Shown here: positions 25,619 to 36,695 of the stretch, one piece after another | How positions within the stretch are numbered: the first letter of the stretch is position 1 | How the letters are laid out: each line of letters opens with the position of its first letter | From: Octopus sinensis | Lineage: Eukaryota | Direction: 5' to 3' | NCBI RefSeq assembly: GCF_006345805.1 | Contig: NC_043025.1 | Coordinates: 14,756,001-14,820,000 of the forward strand | DNA: 64,000 nt | Notes under the pieces: generated by a model | Databases searched by the model: none | What the model saw: the letters and a program-made list of their open reading frames with translations, nothing else | What the model was told of the DNA's origin: nothing | Position numbers and translations under genes: made by a program

Positions 25619-26678
25619 TTACCGTGAAATGGTCCTTTTTTCATGCAGAATTCTACTTGGTGAAATTATTGATTACTTCTTAATTAATTAATTTTACCCT
25701 TGTTATTATTTATTTATATATATATACACACACACACACATTTACATATATCTGAGGTAATCAAAACATCAGGTGTGTTACATAAAAGGTTTAGTTTAAT
25801 GAAAAATAAAGGATTAAAATTTAATTAGTTTTTTTAAAGATTATATTAGATAATTAACTACATTACATAATAAAAAATAAGAGCGTCCTTGGGGTCGCTC
25901 GATCTGCTAGAGATAGCAGCCAAATCCCATCAAAACATATCCAGACGTCTTATAAATGCAAAGATACACCGGACAACGAGTGACCTTTCGAATTAGACAC
26001 ATAAAATGGCCGCCAACAAAGTCTATGTATGGTTTGCATTTTTTTTTTGGTTGCTTTGAGTTCTGGATGGTTTGAATGTATGTTTAAGGTTTGTACATTT
26101 TACTCTTTTACTCGTTTCAGTCATGCGGCTATGGTCATGCTGGAGCACCACTATATATATATATATAGTGTCACAAACGTATATATATGTTTAGGAATGT
26201 GTACACGTGGTCCGTATTTTACCAGTTCCATTCTTTATTATATATTAAATATATACATACATAGTGTCATATAAACATGTACATACGTTTCGGTGTGTAT
26301 ACATTTGATGAATGCATTTCTGTATACGCCCGTATATTCGTATTATATACACACCAAGGAAGAGAGTGTATATATGTATGTACGTATATATATATATTCA
26401 CACCAAGGAAGAGAGTGTGTATATGTATGTACGTGTATGTATATATATATATTCACACCAAGGAAGAGAGTGTGTATATGTATGTACGTGTATGTATATA
26501 GATATATTCACGCTGAGGAGAAGAGAGAGTGTGTATGTATATGTGTGTGTGTATATATATATATATTCGCATATGTGTACAAGTATTGATTGTAAATTTG
26601 TATAAGGCGGTGTGTGTGTGTACATATATATATACATATACGCTATATAATCACCATCTCTCTCTGTATCTATCTATC

Positions 26679-26727
<49 letters not shown>

Positions 26728-27054
26728 TATATACGGTGTCATATAAACATATACATACGTGAAAACTGTTTTTGACTGAGTTGTCGGTTATTTTGTGCCT
26801 AAATCGAAGGATAATGTACTCCAAGGTAAACTATGGCAGTATGTAAGTAAAGGAAATATAAAACACAGGTGCTGTTGATGGTGGTGGTTATGGCTGGAAT
26901 TACTTATTTCCTTGATCATTAAGGTCAACTGGGTCAGGAACAAGGACTGGCCTGTGGTTAAACAAACAAACAACAAAAAAATAATAAAATAAATTAAAAC
27001 ATCCAGACTTTTCGTGTTTTTCTCTTTTTTTGTCTTTTGTATATTTTTTTTTTA

Positions 27055-28287
27055 TCAGCAGAAAAGTTTTGAGATATTACTTTGTACTTTGTCAACTCCT
27101 GTACAAAGATCCGTCTGAGATATTCCTCTAAGATTCTCGAGTTTGTCCTGTTTATTAGAATCACATACCTTATCCGAAGGGTCACCGGTTTCGGGTTGAG
27201 CAGACGGGGACGAAGACAAGGGCTGCAGCAAGGGAGGCGACGAGGGTTCGGTTCCTTCTTTGTCGTCGGCCGCGGTGGTGTCGATATATTCACTGATTCG
27301 AACCGAAGCAGCCAATCTGCAAACTTCGTGGAGGTCACTACCGGAGAAGCCTTCGGTCATCTGCGCAATGGCTAAAAGATCGACATCTGGACCGAGGACT
27401 TCGTCACAGAGGATTATTTCAAGGATGTGATATCGTTGCTCGGGGGTGGGGTTACCCACATATAACTGACATGGCATTCGTCGTAGGATGGCCTGATCGA
27501 GGGCCTGCCTGTTGTTTGTGGCCCCGATGATAATTACTTGGCTTTTACTGTCGGTTAATAATCCATCCCAGTAATTCATAAACTGGGTTTTCATCATACT
27601 GGTTGCTTCATGGTCCTGAGTATTTCTGGTGCGTAATAAGGAATCGATCTCGTCAATGAAAATAATCGTGGGCTGGATTTTATGAGCCAGGTTGAATATA
27701 GCCGCGACCCTCTTCTGTGACTCGCCGTACCATTTGTCTAGCATGGACGAGAGCTCAACAAACAAGAAATTGGCACCGGAGGCCTTGGCTGTGGCTTTAG
27801 CAATCATGGTTTTACCACAGCCGGGAGGGCCATATAAAAGGACCCCACGAGGAGGTTTCATTAGTTTCGAATTGTCGAGTAAAGTGAAATTCTTGAGAGG
27901 GAATATCACGGTCTGTTTCAGTTCTTTCTTCACATTATCAAGTCCTCCGATCTGTTCCCAGCTGATGTCGAAACAGCGAGGGTCGACCAAGTTGGCGGCC
28001 ACAGCCACTTCGTATTCGTTCAAAGCATGTTCGTCGATGCCGAGTCGTTTCAACATAACTTTAGCTTGAGTCTGCGCCTTTTTCTTCTCTTCATATGTCG
28101 GGTCCATCTTCTTGAGAATCCAGCTGAAGGTCACATAAACGGCGGCGAAAGAACAGCAGGTAGCCACCACTTTAATCAAAATATGTTCGGCCTTCAGACC
28201 CGTGCTCGACTCCAACTTTGATATCAGCTTGGCAAACATCGAAGTCACCGGTCCGTCGCTCGCCTTCCAAAGGGATTTCGGGTTCAT
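27055..28287 (-). CDS. ATAD1: ATAD1/Msp1/Thorase-like membrane-anchored AAA+ ATPase, single coding exon, ~410 aa
   Basis: Uninterrupted ORF (open to 28377). N-terminal TM segment followed by KMDPTYEEKKKAQ, LNEYEVAVAANLVDP, Walker A GPPGCGKT, pore loop KWYGES, Walker B IIFIDE, DHEAT, and SRH ATNNRQALDQAILRRMP, all collinear with ATAD1. The ATG at 28287 is preferred because a splice acceptor (CTCAC...ctttttgccccag) lies just upstream at 28326. Confidence 0.93.
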   Translation of the reverse strand: MNPKSLWKASDGPVTSMFAKLISKLESSTGLKAEHILIKVVATCCSFAAVYVTFSWILKKMDPTYEEKKKAQTQAKVMLKRLGIDEHALNEYEVAVAANLVDPRCFDISWEQIGGLDNVKKELKQTVIFPLKNFTLLDNSKLMKPPRGVLLYGPPGCGKTMIAKATAKASGANFLFVELSSMLDKWYGESQKRVAAIFNLAHKIQPTIIFIDEIDSLLRTRNTQDHEATSMMKTQFMNYWDGLLTDSKSQVIIIGATNNRQALDQAILRRMPCQLYVGNPTPEQRYHILEIILCDEVLGPDVDLLAIAQMTEGFSGSDLHEVCRLAASVRISEYIDTTAADDKEGTEPSSPPLLQPLSSSPSAQPETGDPSDKVCDSNKQDKLENLRGISQTDLCTGVDKVQSNISKLFC

Positions 28288-28325
28288 ATTCTGCAAGGCT
28301 GGGCTCACCTCTTCAACCACTTTGC

Positions 28326-28577
28326 CTGGGGCAAAAAGCAGTGAGTTCGTCATTGCTTCACAAACAATATCTATCATATATGTATAGCTCTATCCGTGTG
28401 TATATATATACACATATATAGTGGTATATATATATGTATATATATATAAATGTCTCTGGTAATGTTTTAAAAGGAAGTCAGGCTCAGACAGGCAGAAATC
28501 AGTCACTGAAGAAACTCTCCTCCCCTTCTTCCTTCTTACTCTTCGACTCCTACCTGTCCTCCCATCTCTTTACTTAC
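28326..28577 (-). other. Candidate 5'-UTR intron of the ATAD1-like gene
   Basis: Minus-strand donor AAC|GTAAGT at 28577; acceptor actcactgctttttgccccag|G ending at 28326; 252 bp. No transcript evidence. Confidence 0.55.
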
Positions 28578-29278
28578 GTTTCTTTCTCTTCTTCCTCTCT
28601 TTCTATCATTCTTCCTGTCTTTATCACTCCTCCTTTCTCTACTTCTCCAGTTTCCTTCACCACTCACGCCACTCCTCTTTCCCCTCTCTCAATGATTCTT
28701 TTCTTTTTCTCGCACCCTCTCTCTGCTTTTCACTATTTCACACCGGACTTCATACGCAGAAGAGCGGCATGTTTTACCCTGCCAAACAGAGTTATCTTCC
28801 CAAATTACTTGGAAAAACCCACTTTCACTTTGCCCAAACTATTGCGCAAATTCATTCATAAATTGCACAATCATTTCCTAGAAATTACATTTTCTTATCA
28901 CTACAACTTTTCTGGTTTTTCCTAAGCAACTGTGTCATCCAACCGGTTTTGTTTCCTCTTGCTTTCTCAGAAAATGGATATTTTTCCATGAAACTTTCTA
29001 CAAATACCTTTCACGGGGTGTAAATTATGATTATATCAAAATTTAATATGAAATCATTTTTTCCGATTGTGAGGAAAGGTGTTTCGGGGTGGGGCGCTCA
29101 CACAGTTATGCTTCATATACATTTTCTTTTTACGTGTTTTAATCATTGAGTTGCGGTCATGCTGGAGCACCGCCTTGAAGGTTTCGTTTGAGGAACTTTG
29201 ATATCAGCTTGACAAAGATCTTATTTGTAAATCGGGTACTTATTCTATCAGTGTCTTTTGCCGGAGGGTGGAGTGAAG

Positions 29279-32200
29279 GGATCTTTTCCTTTTGAACGGC
29301 AGTTTTCAACACAATTTCTAGTTAACTAAACACTTTTAAACTTCGTATACTGGTAGAATGTGTTTATAAAACATCATTTTCTCTTGGTTTTATTGAGAAA
29401 ATTCTATAGTTTGTAAGATATTTCGTCTGAAAATCCGAGCATTTCGGCAATTTCGACTACCTCCATTCAACTAAAATCATTTGCTGTGTCTAAAACTGAG
29501 ACAACATCCTGTAACTAACCCTAACCCCCCCCAACCCTAACCCTAACCCTAATTTTTTTTCTTAATTGTTAAATTAATTTAATTGTTACGCGTGTAAAAA
29601 AATCATTTGCTGTGTCTAAAACTGAGACAACATCCTGTAACTAACCCTAAACCCCCCAACCCTAACCCTAATTTTTTTTTCTTAATTGTTAAATTAATTT
29701 AATTGTTACGCGTGTAAAAAAATCATTTTCCATTGCTTTCAGTTTTTTTTACACGCGTAACAATTAAGAAATAAAATTAGGGTTAGGGTTAGTTACAGAA
29801 TGTTGTCTCAGTTTTAGACGCAGCAAATGATTTTAGCTCAAAAGAGAGCATAGGATTGGTTAAAATTCGAAAAATTAAACAATGTTAAACAAACAATTTA
29901 CAATTTTCTCAAGAAAGCCAAGAGAAAAAATGTTTTATTTTGACACATTCTACCAGTATACGAAGTTTCAAAGTGTTTAGTTAACTAGAAATTGTGTGCC
30001 GTTCAAAAGGAAAAGATCAAAAAAATATTTTATTTTGACACATTCTACCAGTATACGAAGTTTTAAAGTGTTTAGTTAACTAGAAATTGTGTGCCGTTCA
30101 AAAGGAAAAGATCAAAAAAATGTTTTATTTTGACACATTCTACCAGTATACGAAGTTTCAAAGTGTTTAGTTAACTAGAAATTGTGTGCCGTTCAAAAGG
30201 AAAAGATCAAAAAAATATTTTATTTTGACACATTCTACCAGTATACGAAGTTTCAAAGTGTTTAGTTAACTAGAAATTGTGTGCCGTTCAAAAGGAAAAG
30301 ATCAAAAAAATGTTTTATTTTGACACATTCTACCAGTATACGAAGTTTCAAAGTGTTTAGTTAACTAGAAATTGTGTGCCGTTCAAAAGGAAAAGATCCA
30401 AAAAATATTTTTTTGACACATTCTACCAGTATACGAAGTTTCAAAGTGTTTAGTTAACTAGAAATTGTGTGTGCCGTTCAAAAGGAAAAGATCAAAAAAA
30501 TGTTTTATTTTGACACATTCTACCAGTATACGAAGTTTCAAAGTGTTTAGTTAACTAGAAATTGTGTGCCGTTCAAAAGGAAAAGATCAAAAAAATATTT
30601 TATTTTGACACATTCTACCAGTATACGAAGTTTCAAAGTGTTTAGTTAACTAGAAATTGTGTGCCGTTCAAAAGGAAAAGATCAAAAAAATGTTTTATTT
30701 TCACACATTCTACCAGTATACGAAGTTTTAAAGTGTTTAGTTCACTAGAAATTGTGTGCCGTTCAAAAGGAAAAGATCAAAAAAATGTTTTATTTTCACA
30801 CATTCTACCAGTATACGAAGTTTTAAAGTGTTTAGTTCACTAGAAATTGTGTGCCGTTCAAAAGGAAAAGATCAAAAAAATGTTTTATTTTGACACATTC
30901 TACCAGTATACGAAGTTTCAAAGTGTTTAGTTAACTAGAAATTGTGTGCCGTTCAAAAGGAAAAGATCAAAAAAATTTTTATTTTGACACATTCTACCAG
31001 TATACGAAGTTTCAAAGTGTTTAGTTAACTAGAAATTGTGTGCCGTTCAAAAGGAAAAGATCAAAAAAATGTTTTATTTTGACACATTCTACCAGTATAC
31101 GAAGCTTCAAAGTGTTTAGTTAACTAGAAATTGTGTGCCGTTCAAAAGGAAAAGATCAAAAAAATATTTTATTTTGACACATTCTACCAGTATACGAAGT
31201 TTCAAAGTGTTTAGTTAACTAGAAATTGTGTGCCGTTCAAAAGGAAAAGATCAAAAAAATGTTTTATTTTGACACATTCTACCAGTATACGAAGTTTCAA
31301 AGTGTTTAGTTAACTAGAAATTGTGTGTGCCGTTCAAAAGGAAAAGATCCAAAAAATATTTTATTTTGACACATTCTACCAGTATACGAAGTTTCAAAGT
31401 GTTTAGTTAACTAGAAATTGTGTGCCGTTCAAAAGGAAAAGATCAAAAAAATGTTTTATTTTGACACATTCTACCAGTATACGAAGTTCAAAGTGTTTAG
31501 TTAACTAGAAATTGTGTGCCGTTCAAAAGGAAAAGATCAAAAAAATTTTTATTTTGACACATTCTACCAGTATACGAAGTTTCAAAGTGTTTAGTTAACT
31601 AGAAATTGTGTGCCGTTCAAAAGGAAAAGATCAAAAAAATGTTTTATTTTGACACATTCTACCAGTATACGAAGCTTCAAAGTGTTTAGTTAACTAGAAA
31701 TTGTGTGCCGTTCAAAAGGAAAAGATCAAAAAAATATTTTATTTTGACACATTCTACCAGTATACGAAGTTTCAAAGTGTTTAGTTAACTAGAAATTGTG
31801 TGCCGTTCAAAAGGAAAAGATCAAAAAAATTTTTATTTTGACACATTCTACCAGTATACGAAGTTTCAAAGTGTTTAGTTAACTAGAAATTGTGTGCCGT
31901 TCAAAAGGAAAAGATCAAAAAAATATTTTATTTTGACACATTCTACCAGTATACGAAGTTTCAAAGTGTTTAGTTAACTAGAAATTGTGTGCCGTTCAAA
32001 AGGAAAAGATCAAAAAAATGTTTTATTTTGACACATTCTACCAGTATACGAAGTTTCAAAGTGTTTAGTTAACTAGAAATTGTGTGCCGTTCAAAAGGAA
32101 AAGATCAAAAAAATATTTTATTTTGACACATTCTACCAGTATACGAAGTTTCAAAGTGTTTAGTTAACTAGAAATTGTGTGCCGTTCAAAAGGAAAAGAT

Positions 32201-33247
32201 CAAAAAAATGTTTTATTTTGACACATTCTACCAGTATACGAAGTTTTAAAGTGTTTAGTTCACTAGAAATTGTGTGCCGTTCAAAAGGAAAAGATCAAAA
32301 AAATGTTTTATTTTGACACATTCTACCAGTATACGAAGTTTCAAAGTGTTTAGTTAACTAGAAATTGTGTGCCGTTCAAAAGGAAAAGATCAAAAAAATG
32401 TTTTATTTTGACACATTCTACCAGTATACGAAGCTTCAAAGTGTTTAGTTAACTAGAAATTGTGTGCCGTTCAAAAGGAAAAGATCAAAAAAATATTTTA
32501 TTTTCACACATTCTACCAGTATACGAAGTTTCAAAGTGTTTAGTTAACTAGAAATTGTGTGCCGTTCAAAAGGAAAAGATCCAAAAAATATTTTATTTTG
32601 ACACATTCTACCAGTATACGAAGTTTCAAAGTGTTTAGTTAACTAGAAATTGTGTGCCGTTCAAAAGGAAAAGATCAAAAAAATATTTTATTTTGACACA
32701 TTCTACCAGTATACGAAGTTTCAAAGTGTTTAGTTAACTAGAAATTGTGTGCCGTTCAAAAGGAAAAGATCAAAAAAATATTTTATTTTGACACATTCTA
32801 CCAGTATACGAAGTTTCAAAGTGTTTAGTTAACTAGAAATTGTGTGCCGTTCAAAAGGAAAAGATCAAAAAAATATTTTATTTTGACACATTCTACCAGT
32901 ATACGAAGTTTTAAAGTGTTTAGTTAACTAGAAATTGTGTGCCGTTCAAAAGGAAAAGATCAAAAAAATATTTTATTTTGACACATTCTACCAGTATACG
33001 AAGTTTTAAAGTGTTTAGTTAACTAGAAATTGTCTGCCGTTCAAAAGGAAAAGATCAAAAAAATATTTTATTTTGACACATTCTACCAGTATACGAAGTT
33101 TTAAAGTGTTTAGTTAACTAGAAATTGTGTGCCGTTCAAAAGGAAAAGATCAAAAAAATATTTTATTTTGACACATTCTACCAGTATACGAAGTTTCAAA
33201 GTGTTTAGTTAACTAGAAATTGTCATCCGTTCAAAAGGAAAAGATCC
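29279..33247. mobile_element. Long-TIR non-autonomous DNA transposon (GGATC...GATCC termini, possibly Merlin-type) containing a satellite array
   Basis: Left arm ggatcttttccttttgaacggca.. (29279-~29725) is mirrored by the right arm from ~29745; the last unit ends ..ccgttcaaaaggaaaagatcc at 33247. No TSD found. Confidence 0.75.
29925..33247 (+). repeat. Satellite: ~35 tandem copies of a 95-bp unit equal to the right TIR tip
   Basis: GATC recurs at 30015, 30110, 30205 ... 33243; unit aaaaaaatgttttattttgacacattctaccagtatacgaagtttcaaagtgtttagttaactagaaattgtgtgccgttcaaaaggaaaagatc. Confidence 0.97.
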
Positions 33248-33340
33248 GAAAACAGACCAGTAGAAATGACAGCAGCATGGCTGTCCTGCACGCTAAATTG
33301 TCTTTTTCCCACGAGAGTTCAGGACCCTAGTTATGAACTA

Positions 33341-33546
33341 ATTTGCATACAACCAATCAGAGCTCAACTATCAAACTAATTTATGAAAGCATAACAAGTG
33401 ATGGGTGATGAGATCAGGTCACTTGGGAAAGCAATGACCATGCTTCTTTTCACTTTTGATAATGCTTGTTGTTCTCGTTCTCGTTCCAACCATGGCTGCC
33501 TCTGCGTAGTTATCTGTGTTGCTGTTTACTTTGTAAAACGGTAAGG
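33341..33546 (+). promoter_or_regulatory. Candidate promoter/first exon: octamer, CCAAT box, short uORF, splice donor
   Basis: ATTTGCAT at 33341-33348, CCAAT at 33353-33357, ccaaccATGGCTGCCTCTGCGTAG at 33492, donor ACG|GTAAGG at 33541. Confidence 0.3.
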
Positions 33547-33609
33547 GGAGAGGGTTGCTAGCACATCCCCCTCTACCCACATTTTTCCCATCCACATCTT
33601 TACCATAAG

Positions 33610-34056
33610 GGGCCCTAACAAAATCTGATTATAGGTATAGATGCAAATCTATCTAATTACTTGCCTCATATATATATACGAACAAAATGCCCCACCCCCA
33701 TCCTATGGACGGTGCTGAGTTATCAAACATTTAAACCAAATTTTCTCAAAACAACTTGTCCAACCGTCCCATAGGCCTCCCCTTTCAGAAAAACTTATTT
33801 AACCTAAATTTGAGACACCAGAAAAACAAGAATTAAAGACAGACTTTTTTTCTATTCCAAGAAAAATGATTTTACAAATGCACATTCCCATGGCTTTATC
33901 GATTGCATTCTCACCTGGAATCGATTTTTGTCGTTTTTTCAAGACTTATACATGCCCTGATACCGTTGGTATCTAGATATAAATTTGAGCGCAATCTGAT
34001 GGAGGATGCCCAAGATCCTAGAAGACACACACAGACAGAACGGATTTTATATAAGA
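33610..34056 (-). mobile_element. Additional Helitron-like element abutting composite copy 1
   Basis: Minus strand starts TCTTATATAAAATCCGTTCTGTCTGTG directly after the CTAG of copy 1; the same 5' sequence occurs at ~56447 (+). Far boundary uncertain. Confidence 0.5.
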
Positions 34057-34611
34057 CTAGCAGTATCGCCCGGCGTTGCTCGGGTTTGTAAGGGAAATAA
34101 TTATATAAGCATTTTTAGAGATGTAAAGTATAATAGCCATCTCAATATGGCTAACCACAAAGGGGGAGGGGTGTTACTGTAGCTTTTTACGTTCTGAGAT
34201 TTAATAATAAATTTTAGAGAGTTACTTCCCTTATATATGTCAAAAATGGATTAAAAATGGGAAAAATTGATGGTAAATTTTTTTTAAAATCGTAGACTCA
34301 TCGTAGACGCGCGCTAATACCCAGACGGTCTCGATATGAATCACGACTATAAGATACCCGGTTTTGGTTAAACTGCACCGCAAAATGTGGGAGTAGTTAG
34401 GAATCTAAATCGTAGGAGACAGACACACAACCTCACTTTTATATATAAAGATTTCCTCTATTTACATAATATTGAGGTCTCTTTCTTTCTTTTGTTATCT
34501 TACTGTTTTTACCAATATACATATATATATATATATAAATATATATATAGTTACAGAGATGTACTTGCATAGCAAGTGACTTGATCTGAGATCGTGTGCT
34601 GGAACGAAAAC

Positions 34612-34870
34612 AGTTGCAGCGTTGAAGGTGTTTATAAGCCATTTAAGAAACACACAAAAACCGTTAGATTCACTTCAACATTTAAATTTAATTTGTCAAA
34701 ATATTTTCGTCGCTTTGAGACCGCGACCTGTTAGCACGATATTTTTGTCAGTGAACAGGTCGCGGTCTCAAAGCGACGAAAATATTTTGGCAAATTAAAT
34801 TTAAATGTTGAAGTGAATGTAACGGTTTTTGTGTGTTTCTTAAATGGCTTACAAACACCTTCCACGCTGC
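34612..34870. mobile_element. Foldback MITE (~120-bp arms, ~20-bp spacer); duplicated at ~38370-38630
   Basis: ttgcagcgttgaaggtgtttataagccatttaag..aacagg / cctgtt..cttaaatggcttacaaacaccttccacgctgcaa. Confidence 0.85.
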
Positions 34871-35214
34871 AATATATATATGTATGTATGTATGTATGTG
34901 TGTATATGTGTATGCATGTATGTGTGTGTGTGTGCGTGTCTGTGCTTGTGATTGTCCTCCACCACTGCTTGACAACGAATGTTGGTTTGTTTACATCCCT
35001 GTCACCTAGTGGTTTGACAAAGGAAACAGATAGAATAAGTACAATGCTTACAAAAATAAAACTGGAGTTGATTCATTAAACTACAATTCTTCAAGGCATT
35101 GCCCCAGCATGGCCACAGACCAATGGCTGGAAAAAGCAGAAGAATAAAAGAATACATTCTCTCCTTTGGTCTTATGTTCAAGGCATGAGAAAGCTTGAGT
35201 TTATATGAGAAGGC

Positions 35215-35485
35215 CTAACAGACCTGGTAGAAACAGCAGCCAAATCTCCCTCAAATCACACCTTACTGTCTTATGTATGTATATATATGAGCCAATGAGG
35301 GGGACCTCTACATGGTAGCTAGACCTGGTAGAAATAGCAGCCAAATTTCCCCCAAATCACACCTTACTGTCTTATCTATGTATATATGTATGTATGAGCC
35401 TATGAGGGAGACCCCTACATGGCAGCTAGACATGGTAGAAATAGCAGCCAAATCTCCCTCAAATCACACCTTACTGTCTTATCTT
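35215..35485 (+). repeat. Tandem ~105-110-bp units of a SINE-like fragment (family F) with (ATGT)n
   Basis: agacctggtagaaatagcagccaaatctccctcaaatcacaccttactgtctt, 3 copies. Confidence 0.8.
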
Positions 35486-35574
35486 TCTGCTACTTGGATA
35501 TAGGTCTTATATTCTTCGTAAAAAACTTTCCTGTCACACACTCACGCACACGCACACACACACGCACCCTCACA

Positions 35575-35611
<37 letters not shown>

Positions 35612-35990
35612 TCACACACACGCACGTTAGCTTACAATTTTATTTATATATTTGCGTGTGTATGTGTGGAAAGAGGAAGTGGGAGGCAGAGTGAAAGAAT
35701 CACTCACTACAGTAAGTGAATTACTTTCATTTTATTCGTTGCCCACTGTGTGTATGCGTTTGCGTGTGGTGTAAACCAGACTAAGAAAAGCATTTGACAC
35801 ACACACCAGAATGTGAGTTTTCTGTAAATTTTGCTTAATTGGAGTTTAAATTTTAAAAACTGGACCTGGCATGACGCGATGCATTGTACTCTCAAAAATG
35901 CTAGGTAAATTGTAATTGAAGAAATCCTATATTGTAGATTTGTATAACTCCCAAGGGAGGCAGATAAAATCTGCCTTTTATAATAAGAGA

Positions 35991-36023
<33 letters not shown>

Positions 36024-36093
36024 TGTTATATTTCGGAATGGTCATTTTGCCAGTTTAGCCAATAAAAAATCTTGCACAACAAATATATAAACG

Positions 36094-36124
<31 letters not shown>

Positions 36125-36330
36125 GATAATGGTGTCATTGAAACCCAGAGGTGTCAGGTAATGCTGAATAAGTGCTATAGACAGACCATAGTTAAGTTCC
36201 AGATTCGGTAATATTGCTAATAAAAGGTTCAACGCTGGTTCTATGTCAGCGCGTGAATATAAGAATTTTTTGCGTAATAAGATAAAAAATACCAAGGCTG
36301 TGTAGATATTAGAGCATTTATAGATAGAAT

Positions 36331-36381
36331 GTCTTACAGCTGTTTCCAGGATATTTATTAATATCCCTTCATCGGAGATGG
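36331..36381 (-). ncRNA. Minimal hammerhead-ribozyme-like motif of Penelope type (variant core)
   Basis: ucu-CCGAUGA-A-GGGAUAUU[AAUA]AAUAUCCU-G-GAAA-C[AGCU]G-UA-aga: 8-bp helix II, 1-bp helix III with a palindromic tetraloop, UA cleavage site; U4 is C and helix I is only 3 bp. Confidence 0.4.
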
Positions 36382-36695
36382 TGTGAGAGGAAAGTTAAGT
36401 CATAGTTTAGATGTGATACAAAATAGAGAGTGAGGTCGAGGAAAGAAAATAGATGTAAGATATGTATGGGTATTGAAGTTGTAAATCCATTTTATAGGCA
36501 TAATGGTATATATGCAATATTCCAATATCCTATGAGTAAAGTCCAAAAGTCCAACCTCGTGGGAATCAGAAATGTCCAATTCTTGGTGCTACACTTCTCA
36601 AAATTCTCTCAATAAACTGCCAGATTCCTCTATTTATCAATGTTCCACACCTTGCAGAGCTGGTGAAGCTCTGCCTCTTAACAAGACTCCTGACA

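Larger units (their letters stand above)
34057..35990 (-). mobile_element. Composite non-autonomous Helitron, copy 1 (1934 bp)
   Basis: Minus strand: A|TCTCTTATTATAAA ... cccgagcaacgccggg hairpin, cgatactgCTAG|T. Contains a SINE A piece, a foldback MITE and a complete inner 395-bp Helitron (34057-34451). Confidence 0.75.

Noticed and set aside
27055-28377. Horizontal (microbial) origin of the intronless GC-rich ATPase
   Set aside because: The sequence is closely collinear with animal ATAD1 and has spliceosomal signals upstream; retroposition is the simpler explanation.
27082-28421. Plus-strand ORFs overlapping ATAD1
   Set aside because: Antisense shadows of a GC-rich CDS with no recognisable motifs.
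29515-29552. True telomere or chromosome end
   Set aside because: Only a few TAACCC units, embedded in both arms of a transposon.
29925-33247. CRISPR-like regular array
   Set aside because: Units are near-identical over their full length with no unique spacers, there are no cas genes, and the context is eukaryotic. It is a satellite.
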